Shown: one piece after another, positions 19,160-29,121 of the stretch | Numbering within the stretch: the first letter of the stretch is position 1 | Layout: each line of letters starts with the position of its first letter | Notes under the pieces: generated by a model | Seen by the model: only the letters and a program-made list of their open reading frames with translations | Databases searched by the model: none | What the model was told of the DNA's origin: nothing | Assembly: GCA_965660445.1 (NCBI GenBank) | Contig: CBFIAK010000001.1 | Coordinates: forward strand, 736,001 to 800,000 | From: Patescibacteria group bacterium | GTDB taxonomy: Bacteria > Patescibacteriota > Gracilibacteria > UBA4473 | Direction of reading: 5' to 3' | Length of the DNA: 64,000 nucleotides | Program-made: the position numbers and the translations under genes

Positions 19160-20385
19160 TAACTTTCTTGTTGTATCAAAAGATCGTTAATTTGTAAAAT
19201 AGGAACATAGATAGCCATAATCATAAACACAACCCCAATCGCAATAACAATCAAAATAATAGGTTCCATTATTGTTGAAAACCGTTTCATTGTTCGCTCT
19301 ACAACATCTTCATAATACAAGGCAATCTTAATCATAATCTCACTCGTGGAAGCACTTTTTTCACCAATAGCAACCATTTTTACAAACATATTCGGAAACA
19401 TATATTCCGCATCTGATATATTCTCAGCAATAGATATACCTCGACTCAAATCGTCTGCAGAGAGTAATATTTTTTCTTCATATAATGGATTATTTGTTGC
19501 TTTTGCAGTGAGTTTCAAAACCTCAATAATAGGCACTCCTGCTGTAATTAAGAATCCAAACATACGAGAAAACCGAGAAAGAATCATGCCTCTATAAATA
19601 TCCTTAATAACTGGAATATGAAGCACAAAACGAGTCCACATTTTTCCACCAGTTCTGGTTTGTTTCCAATACAAAAATCCTCCAATAAGAGTCATTACAA
19701 AAAATGAAATAAGAACCCATTGCTTTTGAAGCAACTCACTACTGGCAATCAGTATTTGTGTTGGAATAGGTAAGGATGATACATCTTTAAAAATTTCCAT
19801 CAGTTGTGGTACAACTTGAATCAAAACAACAACTGCCGCCAAAACCATAACAATTACAACCATAACGGGATACACAAGCATTCCACTTACTTTTTTACGA
19901 ATAAGACTCATACGTTCATACTGCTCAACAAGCTGATTCAGTACTTCATCAAGTTTTCCTGATTTCTCCCCTGCTTCAATAATGGTATAAATTGTTTTAT
20001 CAAATATATCAGAATGATACTGTAAAGATTCGGCAAAACTATATCCTTCTTCAATAAGACTTCTCAAATGAAAAATAACACTTCTTAGTCGTTTATGTTG
20101 TGTTTGTTCTCCAATAAGACTCAGTGATTCTTGAAGCGTAATTCCTGCATTATGCGTTGCAGATAAAAGCTGAAAGAAGATCAATTTATCCTGCAAAGAA
20201 ACCTTCATTTGGCTTGTAAACCATTCGTTTATTGATTGAACAATATCAAGCCCAGAACGGTAAGAATCTTTATGAGCAATAGTGGCTTTCTTTTTCTTAA
20301 TCGTTAAAAAAATATCATTGTTTTCCATTTCTTTTTTCAATGTTTCTTGGTTGGTATGGAAATACTGATTATTATCTTGATTCAT
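19159..20385 (-). CDS. pilC: Type IV pilus/T2SS inner-membrane platform protein (PilC/GspF)
   Basis: AGI.L, AGE.SG.L, YP, GVPI, GEKS, MEP, AIY.PI. Confidence 0.9.
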   Translation of the reverse strand: MNQDNNQYFHTNQETLKKEMENNDIFLTIKKKKATIAHKDSYRSGLDIVQSINEWFTSQMKVSLQDKLIFFQLLSATHNAGITLQESLSLIGEQTQHKRLRSVIFHLRSLIEEGYSFAESLQYHSDIFDKTIYTIIEAGEKSGKLDEVLNQLVEQYERMSLIRKKVSGMLVYPVMVVIVMVLAAVVVLIQVVPQLMEIFKDVSSLPIPTQILIASSELLQKQWVLISFFVMTLIGGFLYWKQTRTGGKMWTRFVLHIPVIKDIYRGMILSRFSRMFGFLITAGVPIIEVLKLTAKATNNPLYEEKILLSADDLSRGISIAENISDAEYMFPNMFVKMVAIGEKSASTSEIMIKIALYYEDVVERTMKRFSTIMEPIILIVIAIGVVFMIMAIYVPILQINDLLIQQES

Positions 20386-20388
20386 AAT

Positions 20389-21633
20389 TTAGTTTTTTAC
20401 GTGTTTATAGACTTCTTCAAACGAAGTTTCTCCTTTTAAAGCCTTAATAAGACCATCTTGTTCGAGTGTAATCATACCACACTCTTTTTGAGCAATTTCT
20501 TCGAGTTGTTTTGGAGCAAGCCCTTTCATAATAGCCTCTTTCATACGTTCTGTCATTTCTAATACCTCAAATATAGCCAGTCGCCCAACATACCCTTGTT
20601 CTTTACAATGCGGACACCCTCCTTCTTTTGGAACATGCATAATTGGGTCATTCAGTAAATTTAAATCAAACTCTTCATAATCGGGAGTATGTTCAAACGC
20701 TTCTTGAATATTTTTTAATGCTCCACGACTCGGAGGAATAGCTTGTTTACAATGATCACACAATTTTTTAATCAATCGTTGTGCAATAATAAGATTAATA
20801 GAAGCCGTCAGTAAAAAATCTGGCACATGCATATTCAGCATTCTTGTCAGTGTATCGACTGCGGAATTGGTATGAATAGTCGAAAGCACTAGATGCCCGG
20901 TTAAACTCGCTTCAATAGCAATATCAATGGTTTCTTTGTCTCGGATCTCCCCTACCATAATAATATCAGGATCTTGTCGTAATGCCGTTCGAAGTCCACT
21001 TGCAAAAGAATAGCCAATACTTGGACGCATTTGACTTTGATTAAGCCCCTCCATCTGATTTTCCACCGGATCTTCAAACGTAATAATATTTTTTGTAGAA
21101 GAATTAAGATACGACAATGCTGAATACAGAGTGGTTGTTTTTCCTGATCCTGTTGGACCAGTTGTTAAAATAATACCATTTGGTTGGGCTAACGCCGACA
21201 TAATTTTTTTATAATTACTCCCAACGGCTCCCAAAGACTCAATATTGGGAACTTTTTTTGACTTATCAAGCACACGCATAACCACCTTTTCTCCATTAGG
21301 AGTAGGTAATGTCGAGACTCGCAAATCTACTTCTGTTTTCCCAATAAATGTATTGATACGACCATCTTGAGGAATTCGGGATTCATCAATTTTAAGGTTT
21401 GCCATAATCTTTATTTTCGAGATAACACTCGGGTGTAAACTTAAAGGATACTCAACAATAATTTGGAGATCTCCATCCACACGCAAACGAACCTGTACTA
21501 AATTTTTCCGAGGTTCAATATGAATATCAGAAGCTTTTATATTTAAAGCAACGCCAATCATTGCTTCAATAATATGTGGAATATTAGAAGCAATAATAGC
21601 ACTTTTTAATTCTTTATCAGCTTCTTGTATCAT
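20389..21633 (-). CDS. pilB: Type IV pilus assembly ATPase (PilB/GspE), lacking the N-terminal domain
   Basis: ASDIHIEP, PQDGR, GPTGSGKTTT, RQDPD, GHLVLSTIH, CDHC/CPHC zinc motif. Confidence 0.9.
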   Translation of the reverse strand: MIQEADKELKSAIIASNIPHIIEAMIGVALNIKASDIHIEPRKNLVQVRLRVDGDLQIIVEYPLSLHPSVISKIKIMANLKIDESRIPQDGRINTFIGKTEVDLRVSTLPTPNGEKVVMRVLDKSKKVPNIESLGAVGSNYKKIMSALAQPNGIILTTGPTGSGKTTTLYSALSYLNSSTKNIITFEDPVENQMEGLNQSQMRPSIGYSFASGLRTALRQDPDIIMVGEIRDKETIDIAIEASLTGHLVLSTIHTNSAVDTLTRMLNMHVPDFLLTASINLIIAQRLIKKLCDHCKQAIPPSRGALKNIQEAFEHTPDYEEFDLNLLNDPIMHVPKEGGCPHCKEQGYVGRLAIFEVLEMTERMKEAIMKGLAPKQLEEIAQKECGMITLEQDGLIKALKGETSFEEVYKHVKN

Positions 21634-22391
21634 TATTCAGTCGGATGAGAAAAGAGTACTGTTTTAAGGGTAACACTTAATACATCAGATCGTTCATCAA
21701 GAGTTGATTGCGCCACACCACGACGGTCTCGAGAAGAACCTGTTTCGTTTTGACGTCGCGGTTGATACGCAATAGAAGTAATGTGAAGAACTGGTAATTT
21801 GTAAGTTGTTAAAAACTGATAACTATTCGCATCTATTTGAGATGGAACCATCTCTATTCCAGAGAGAAACCGTGGAGTTGGATTCCCAGACTGAAGAAAA
21901 AGAATAAAGTCTTCAAAACTCTCTTGATCTGCTTCGAATGAAATTGTTGTTTCTGTTTCATCATAGAGACTCTCATCTGTTTTTTGTGTCCGGCCAAAAT
22001 CAATATTTTTTAGTTCAAAATAAGGCGTATAGTCAGAACGAACAAGGTTTTTTAGTTGCAAAGTATAAACCTCTAAAATCTGAGCTATTTTTGAGTAATC
22101 AATAGAAGTTGGAAATGTTTGGAGTTCCTCCAACTGTTTTTCCTGCTGAAACTGTTGTAACTCTTTTTCTTTTTGATCAAGAAGATCTCGAGTTTCTGAC
22201 TCAAGCATTTGTAGATCCTCAATAAGAACAAGTGATCTATTATACTCTTTTCGTTTTGTATTCCATTCTTGTGTTTCAGGAAAAACAAAAAGCAATAAGA
22301 ACGCAAGAAGAAGAACAAACAAAATTCCCCATTTCAGAAGAGAATCTCTATGTGAGTGATGTATTTCTTTTTTTGGTGTTTGTGTATTCAT
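21633..22391 (-). CDS. PilO-like protein
   Basis: N-terminal TM, coiled coil, ferredoxin-like C-terminal pattern; upstream of pilB. Confidence 0.5.
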   Translation of the reverse strand: MNTQTPKKEIHHSHRDSLLKWGILFVLLLAFLLLFVFPETQEWNTKRKEYNRSLVLIEDLQMLESETRDLLDQKEKELQQFQQEKQLEELQTFPTSIDYSKIAQILEVYTLQLKNLVRSDYTPYFELKNIDFGRTQKTDESLYDETETTISFEADQESFEDFILFLQSGNPTPRFLSGIEMVPSQIDANSYQFLTTYKLPVLHITSIAYQPRRQNETGSSRDRRGVAQSTLDERSDVLSVTLKTVLFSHPTE

Positions 22392-22396
22392 AATTA

Positions 22397-23506
22397 TTAT
22401 TGAAATAAAAGGAGATCTTCATTGGTTGTATCAGACTGAAACCAGTCTTGAAAATCAAGAAATAAGTTTTGTTGTTGAGTATCGTTCGTTTCTTCAGTAT
22501 CCGATTGCAATCCATGATACGCATCTCGCACAATACGAAACCGAATTGTTGAACGCATCATATAATTCTCTATTTCATCTTTTTCTTTTTCAAAAACCGT
22601 TAATTCACCATCTTCTAAAAATGGAAACGCATTCAATAAATCAATAAATTTTGTATATAAGTAAAAAGTCGTTCCAAAAAGTGTATTTCCTGCTTCGACT
22701 TCAAACGTTAAAAAGTTACGATTGATAGTTACGTTCTGAATATCAATCACATTATCAGAAGACAAAATAATATCTTCAAATGAAGGTGATGATAAATAAT
22801 TCTTTACATGAAATGGTGTTTCTAATATACCATATTGACTCTCTGTTGCCCCAATATCAGTCAAGAGCAGTCTTAATGGATCTGTATCTGTCACTGGAGC
22901 ATCTCTATACGATTCTATTTCCATTTGCTCTTGTTGTGTCGTTATTAATCCATATCGTTTGAGCACATCAGCAACTGGTTCAGAAGAAGACCGTAAATCT
23001 TGAATAAGCGTTGTCACAACATCTGGCGTATTAAAAAACACTAATTGTTCTGATTTTAAATCTCGAATAAGATTCGTAAACGATGAATACTCTTTATTTT
23101 CAATTTGATCATTAATCTCTGTTATCCGATATTCGTAATCTGCAATTTGTTCTTCTAAATCCTCTTGTCGATTTCGGGCATCATCAAACCGAGTAAAAGT
23201 ATTGTCTTGTATCCCATACTGAGACAAATACTCATTTTTTTCATTCATATCCACAAATAACCACAATGCCCATAATACAGACACAAAGAGTAAAATAGAC
23301 GTCACAGAGCGCAACCAAAAAAGCCACATTTTAAATTGATCGTCATCCTCATCTTCATGAACTTGAAATCGTTTTTTCACAGCAGAAACAGAAGCATTCG
23401 AAGAATTTGGTGGCAGGGAAGATTCTTTTTTTTCGGCGTTTCCTTCGAGTTCAAAGGAATCTTTATCCTCTTCTGAAATTGGATTTTGTGGAATATCTGA
23501 AGTCAT
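22397..23506 (-). CDS. PilN-like protein
   Basis: Acidic N-terminus, single TM, coiled coil, F…L…PF motif; operon position. Confidence 0.45.
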   Translation of the reverse strand: MTSDIPQNPISEEDKDSFELEGNAEKKESSLPPNSSNASVSAVKKRFQVHEDEDDDQFKMWLFWLRSVTSILLFVSVLWALWLFVDMNEKNEYLSQYGIQDNTFTRFDDARNRQEDLEEQIADYEYRITEINDQIENKEYSSFTNLIRDLKSEQLVFFNTPDVVTTLIQDLRSSSEPVADVLKRYGLITTQQEQMEIESYRDAPVTDTDPLRLLLTDIGATESQYGILETPFHVKNYLSSPSFEDIILSSDNVIDIQNVTINRNFLTFEVEAGNTLFGTTFYLYTKFIDLLNAFPFLEDGELTVFEKEKDEIENYMMRSTIRFRIVRDAYHGLQSDTEETNDTQQQNLFLDFQDWFQSDTTNEDLLLFQ

Positions 23507-23538
23507 AGTGTGTATGTGTGTGTAGAAAAAACAAGTAT

Positions 23539-23853
23539 TTACTTTTTAGCGTCATGAAACTTTTGAATTTGCGCTTTCAACTTATCTTTCAAAAGGTCTG
23601 CCCCTTTTTTAATATTATCAGCAGACACTTCTGCATGAAACTTTCCATGATGTGGTGCTACTATATGCGCTGACGCAATAAATCTATTACCAGAATGTTC
23701 TTTTGTTTTTTCAAGATGAACACTGACTTCAATAGAGTCTTCATCTCCTTTTTCCCACCCAAATATTTTTTCTAAATCTTGAATACGTTTTTCATAATAA
23801 GCCTTGTCTTCATCAAAGAAAGTAACATCTTTAAACTGAAAATTGATAATCAT
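23539..23853 (-). CDS. Ribosome hibernation factor HPF/RaiA family (short form)
   Basis: 104 aa; K.Y.EK.I..L.K…F.A…HAE…D…K.Q..K pattern; ATG 23853. Confidence 0.8.
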   Translation of the reverse strand: MIINFQFKDVTFFDEDKAYYEKRIQDLEKIFGWEKGDEDSIEVSVHLEKTKEHSGNRFIASAHIVAPHHGKFHAEVSADNIKKGADLLKDKLKAQIQKFHDAKK

Positions 23854-24139
23854 ACGATAAATACATTTAAAAAATACCACTCGTATTATCCCGAAGATTA
23901 CAAGAAAGTGCAAATTTTTGTTTCTGTTTTTCTTCGATTCATAAATTCAATCATCCGTAAATATTGTTTATCACACACAAGAAGGTTCGCTCAAGAAAAA
24001 TATATCCGAGAGTGATAACTCAAAATCTAATTCTACGTACAGGAATAAAAGCACATGCGTGCTTTCAAAATCAAAGATTTTCATTGTCCGTAGCGTCGTC
24101 ACTCGGAAAAAATAAGCGAGCTTTCTTTTTCCTTCGTTC

Positions 24140-24314
<175 letters not shown>

Positions 24315-24366
24315 GCTCAAGATTGTACGAAAAAAAAATAAAATACCAAATTTTTTTTGAGTTTTT

Positions 24367-27300
24367 TTATCCTTTTAAAATTCTTTCCAATGATCGCTCT
24401 ATATCACTATTTGATTCAACTAAAAATGGTAATCGAATCACCTGCCCTTGAAAATGAATAAGAACAGGAAGTCCTCCATCTAAAACAGCATGACTTTGCA
24501 AATACCGTTTCAATTCCCCAATAGTTGTTTTCAACGTATCAGCAGGAATATGTATTGTGTATTGTCGTTTTTCTTTGAGTTCATTCTCATTATCCTGCCA
24601 CTCCCCTACCGCATGAATATCTCCTATTTTTATTTCATCAGCAATAATATTGAGCATCGAATCGCGCTCATTCACTTTTCCACGCACACGCACAAACGCA
24701 TCAACTTCAAACACTTTTTGACTCACGCCCTCATACACTTTTGGAAATACAGCAATTTCTATTTTTCCTGATGTGTCTTCAAGCGTTACAATACCCATGT
24801 TCGCCCCTTTTCGGGTCGTTATCTTTCGAGCAGCAACTACTAACCCATGAAGGGTTACTTGATTTCCCTCATCTTCTTCAGAAGTAAGACTCCCAATAAG
24901 TCGACCATATTTTTGAAAATAATCATTTAATCCCTTTAAGGGATGATCTGAAACAAAAAGCCCTAGACTTTCTCGCTCCCAACGCAAAATATCTTCTTTC
25001 GTTGCAACCGTATCTTTTAATACAAAATCAATAGATTCTTCCCCTATACCCCCAAACAACCCCATTTGTCCAGCACCTGATTTATCTTGATGCTCTTTTG
25101 CAAAACGAGCTAAGTCTTCTAAAGAATCGACAATAGCTTTTCGGTCAGCAAACATATCAAATGCTCCTGAAAATGCCAAAGCTTCAAGCGTCTTTTTGTT
25201 TATAAGTTTTTGAGGTACTCGCTTGGCAAAATCCTGTAAAGAAGTAAATTTTCCATTTCGGTTTCGCTCAAAAATAATTTGGTTCGCGGTTTCTTCTCCC
25301 ATTCCTTTAATAGCGGTTAATCCAAACCGTATTTGGTAAGGATAAGACGATTTCTTTTCCTCTTCCACAACGAGCAACGATGAATCTTGATTTCCTAAAT
25401 CTCGTTTTACAACCGTAAAATGAGATCCCGACTCATTCACAGAAGGAGGTAAAACATCAATCCCCATCGAATGACACTCGTTCATCTCAAGTACAATACG
25501 ATCAGTATTACTCCGATCAGTGGTCATCATTGCGGCCATAAAACAAACCGGATAATTCGCTCTTAAATACGCTGTTTCATAAGCAATTCTTGCATAACAA
25601 ACCGCATGAGATCGGTTAAATCCATATCCCGAAAACGGCACGACAATATCATCAAATAATTTCACCGCTTTCTCTTTTTCGTGTCCTTGCTCAACAGCAC
25701 CATCAATAAATCGCATTCGCTGTTCTGCTAATAAATCCATTTTCTTTTTTCCAATCGCTTTTCTTAAAATATCAGCTTGTCCCAAAGAAAACCCTGCAAA
25801 CTCCTGTGCAATTTTCATAATCTGTTCTTGATATACCGCAATTCCATATGTTTTCTTTAAAATAGGTTCAAGTGTCGGATCAAAATATTTTACACTCTTG
25901 GGATCATGTTTTCCTTTAATATACATTGGAATATATTCCATAGGCCCCGGACGATACAATGCATTCATGGCAACCAAGTCTTCTAATTCCGTAGGTACAA
26001 GTTCTTTTAAATACCGACGCATCCCCGCAGACTCAAACTGAAACACTCCAGTTGTATGCCCTTGTGAAAGCATTTCAAACGTTTTTGTGTCATCTAAAGG
26101 AATAGCGTTTAAATCAAGATCTATTCCATGAATATTTTTTATATGCTGTAACGTTTTTTCAATAACAGATAAGTTCTTAAGTCCTAAGAAATCCATTTTT
26201 AATAACCCCAAATGCTCTAATTGCTGATACGGAAACTGTGTGATTTTTAATTGATCAGAAGTTGGTGCATGTTGAATGGGTACATACTGCGTTAAGTCCT
26301 CTTTTCCAATAATAACAGCACACGCATGTACTGATACATGACGAATACACCCCTCAAGTGTAGAAGCAATATCATACACCTTTTGAATATTTGCATTCGT
26401 CTCAAGGAGTTTTTTAAACTCTGATATCTCTAACGCATCTTTTAAAGAAAATCCGGGTTTATTGGGAAGCAGTTTTGTACACGCATTCATATCTGCAAAT
26501 GGAACCCCTTGCGCACGCCCTACATCTTTTAAAGCTGCTTTTGCACTGAGCGTTCCAAAGGTACAAACCTTTGATACTTTTTCTGCACCATATTTTTCAA
26601 TAACATAATGAAGCACTTCATCACGTCGTTCATCAGAAAAATCAATATCAATATCGGGCATTGATATTCGTTCAGGATTTAAAAACCGCTCAAAAAGCAA
26701 CTCATACCCAATCGGATCAATATTCGTAATTTCTAATAAATACGCCACAATAGATCCAGCAGCCGATCCCCTCCCCGGCCCAACAGCAATACCATTGCGT
26801 TTTGCAAAATGAATAAAATCAGCCACAATCAGAAAATAAGCATCAAACCCCATTTTCCCAATAACAGAAAGTTCATAATGAAGTCGTTTTTCAACTATTT
26901 CATTTGAGGTTCCATATCGCTTCTTAATAGCTTCTTCACATAGTTTTCGCAATTGAGAACTTTCTGTTTCCCCTTTCGAAACAGAAAAACTGGGTAATAA
27001 ATCACGATCAAACTCTAACTGCAATGTTATCGATTGAGTAATATCTAAAGCATTTACACGAGCTTGTTCAAGTGTATCCGCATCAATATATTCGCTACAC
27101 ACAGCACACATTTCCTCAAAAGAAAGAAAATAATTCTTCTCTGCAAACCGAAACCGATTTGGATCATTCACTTTTAAGTTCTGACCGATACAATACAAAG
27201 TATCAGTTGCTTCTTCTTCCGAAGGCTCTATAAACCGAGCATCTGAAGTTATAACGAGTTTTACTGAATGCTTTTGAGATAGTTGTATAATAAATTTATT

Positions 27301-27867
27301 CAACTTTTTTTGTACATCAAAAGAACGAGCAACAATTTCACCATACAATCGGTCTTGAAAAATATCTTTTAGTTGTACGAAAAATGATTCTGCTCGTTCT
27401 TCACCAAATCGTTCTAGTAGTTTCCCTACATTTCCAACAGTAGACCCCGTAAGCACTATAAGGCCTTCATTGTATTGACTTAACACTTCAAAATCGATAC
27501 GAGGTTTTCGAAAAAACCCTTCTAAATGAGCAATCGAAATAAGTTTGAGCAGGTTTTCGTACCCTGTTTTGTTTTGAGCCAAAAGCACAATATTCCCTTC
27601 ATGCCCATCAATATTAGGACGTTGTTCAAACCGAGAATCCATACTTATATACAGTTCTACTCCTAAAAGAGGCTGAATATCACCAATGCGTTCTGATTGT
27701 TCATAAAAATCTATAAGCCCATATCCAGCCCCATTATCCGTCAAAGCAACGGCTGGACACCCGAACGATTTTGCTTTTTGCAAAATGCGCTCAGGACTCG
27801 CTGAAGATTCCAAAATTGAATAATACGAGTGCGTATGAAGATTTACAAAATCTTTACCAACTGTCAT
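24367..27867 (-). CDS. dnaE: DNA polymerase III alpha subunit
   Basis: PHP HTHSYYS, GRGSAAGS, FERFLNPER.SMPDIDIDF, KMDFLGL, GFNRSH, OB fold. Confidence 0.98.
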   Translation of the reverse strand: MTVGKDFVNLHTHSYYSILESSASPERILQKAKSFGCPAVALTDNGAGYGLIDFYEQSERIGDIQPLLGVELYISMDSRFEQRPNIDGHEGNIVLLAQNKTGYENLLKLISIAHLEGFFRKPRIDFEVLSQYNEGLIVLTGSTVGNVGKLLERFGEERAESFFVQLKDIFQDRLYGEIVARSFDVQKKLNKFIIQLSQKHSVKLVITSDARFIEPSEEEATDTLYCIGQNLKVNDPNRFRFAEKNYFLSFEEMCAVCSEYIDADTLEQARVNALDITQSITLQLEFDRDLLPSFSVSKGETESSQLRKLCEEAIKKRYGTSNEIVEKRLHYELSVIGKMGFDAYFLIVADFIHFAKRNGIAVGPGRGSAAGSIVAYLLEITNIDPIGYELLFERFLNPERISMPDIDIDFSDERRDEVLHYVIEKYGAEKVSKVCTFGTLSAKAALKDVGRAQGVPFADMNACTKLLPNKPGFSLKDALEISEFKKLLETNANIQKVYDIASTLEGCIRHVSVHACAVIIGKEDLTQYVPIQHAPTSDQLKITQFPYQQLEHLGLLKMDFLGLKNLSVIEKTLQHIKNIHGIDLDLNAIPLDDTKTFEMLSQGHTTGVFQFESAGMRRYLKELVPTELEDLVAMNALYRPGPMEYIPMYIKGKHDPKSVKYFDPTLEPILKKTYGIAVYQEQIMKIAQEFAGFSLGQADILRKAIGKKKMDLLAEQRMRFIDGAVEQGHEKEKAVKLFDDIVVPFSGYGFNRSHAVCYARIAYETAYLRANYPVCFMAAMMTTDRSNTDRIVLEMNECHSMGIDVLPPSVNESGSHFTVVKRDLGNQDSSLLVVEEEKKSSYPYQIRFGLTAIKGMGEETANQIIFERNRNGKFTSLQDFAKRVPQKLINKKTLEALAFSGAFDMFADRKAIVDSLEDLARFAKEHQDKSGAGQMGLFGGIGEESIDFVLKDTVATKEDILRWERESLGLFVSDHPLKGLNDYFQKYGRLIGSLTSEEDEGNQVTLHGLVVAARKITTRKGANMGIVTLEDTSGKIEIAVFPKVYEGVSQKVFEVDAFVRVRGKVNERDSMLNIIADEIKIGDIHAVGEWQDNENELKEKRQYTIHIPADTLKTTIGELKRYLQSHAVLDGGLPVLIHFQGQVIRLPFLVESNSDIERSLERILKG

Positions 27868-27930
27868 GGTCTTTAGTATTCCTATTTTTTTGTTTTTTTC
27901 AATTTTTCTCTCTTGATTCTTTCTTCGTTT

Positions 27931-28995
27931 TTACATTCCATTCGCTTTGAGAATAGAACGCAATTGATCGATATCATCAGAATACGCTTCTGCGACTTCT
28001 TTTGTGATTTGTTTATTGATATATAACCCCGCTAGAGATTGTTCAAACTGCACCATTTCACCAGACGAATCTGTCTGCAGTACGTTTGGAATTTGAAATA
28101 TTTTATTTTGACGAATATAGTTTTGTACCGCGTAATTACTTGATAAAATCTCATATACAAGCGTCAGTCCACCATCAGCTTTTGGAATTAATCTTTGTGA
28201 AATAATAACTTTTAAGGTAGAAGCGAGTTGAGACCGCACTTGATCTTGTTGAGACTCAGAAAACACGTCAATAATACGGGTAATTGTTTCTGGTCCATTA
28301 TTCGTATGAAGCGTTGAAAACACCACATGCCCAGTTTCAGCCATAGTAAGAGCGGATGTAATGGTCTCTAAGTTCCGCATTTCCCCCACCATAAGCACAT
28401 CTGGATCCTCCCGCAAAGACGACTCAATTCCAAACTTAAAATTTAATACATCACGCCCAACTTCTCGTTGTTGAACAATCCCCTTTCCATTATCTAAAAT
28501 ATATTCAATTGGATCTTCTATGGTAATTAAATGTTCCATCTTATTACGCATACGTTCTTGAAGCACAGCTGCTAATGTTGTTGTTTTCCCTTGTCCAGTA
28601 GGTCCAACAACCAAAACAAGTCCTTGACGCATATGGAGTAATTTTTCGAGCAAGAAATCAGGAAACCCAATAGTATCAAGTGGACGAATTGTTCGTGGAA
28701 TCAACCGAAACGAAAAAGATATTCCATTTTGTTGATGAAATGCGTTTCCTCTTAAACGAAGTCCTGTTTTCGTAATCGTTAAAAAATCTGTTTGTTTTTT
28801 CTCTTTCAGTGTTGCCATATTTTCTGAAGACAACAATTGTTTTAATAAGGCATCAATATCTAATTTCGTAATATTTGTTTCTTTAATAGGCAGCATATTT
28901 TGTGCAATTCGCAAAAATATAGGCATACCAACAACAATGTGAATATCTGAGGCTTTTTGTTTTTCAGCGAAAGCAATTATTTTTTCAAAATCCAT
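27931..28995 (-). CDS. pilT: Type IV pilus retraction ATPase PilT/PilU family
   Basis: ASDIH, GPTGQGKTTT, TIEDPIE, LREDPD, AETGH…STLH, N.IR; ATG 28995. Confidence 0.9.
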   Translation of the reverse strand: MDFEKIIAFAEKQKASDIHIVVGMPIFLRIAQNMLPIKETNITKLDIDALLKQLLSSENMATLKEKKQTDFLTITKTGLRLRGNAFHQQNGISFSFRLIPRTIRPLDTIGFPDFLLEKLLHMRQGLVLVVGPTGQGKTTTLAAVLQERMRNKMEHLITIEDPIEYILDNGKGIVQQREVGRDVLNFKFGIESSLREDPDVLMVGEMRNLETITSALTMAETGHVVFSTLHTNNGPETITRIIDVFSESQQDQVRSQLASTLKVIISQRLIPKADGGLTLVYEILSSNYAVQNYIRQNKIFQIPNVLQTDSSGEMVQFEQSLAGLYINKQITKEVAEAYSDDIDQLRSILKANGM

Positions 28996-29121
28996 ATAAA
29001 AAAAAGAAAGAAAGAACGACTCTGAGTATAACACACAACAAACAAAAAAAGAAAAAAACTTTTTTATTTCTCTCGTTTCTGTAGAATCACGCCGTATTAT
29101 ATTTTGTTATATTATTCAACA

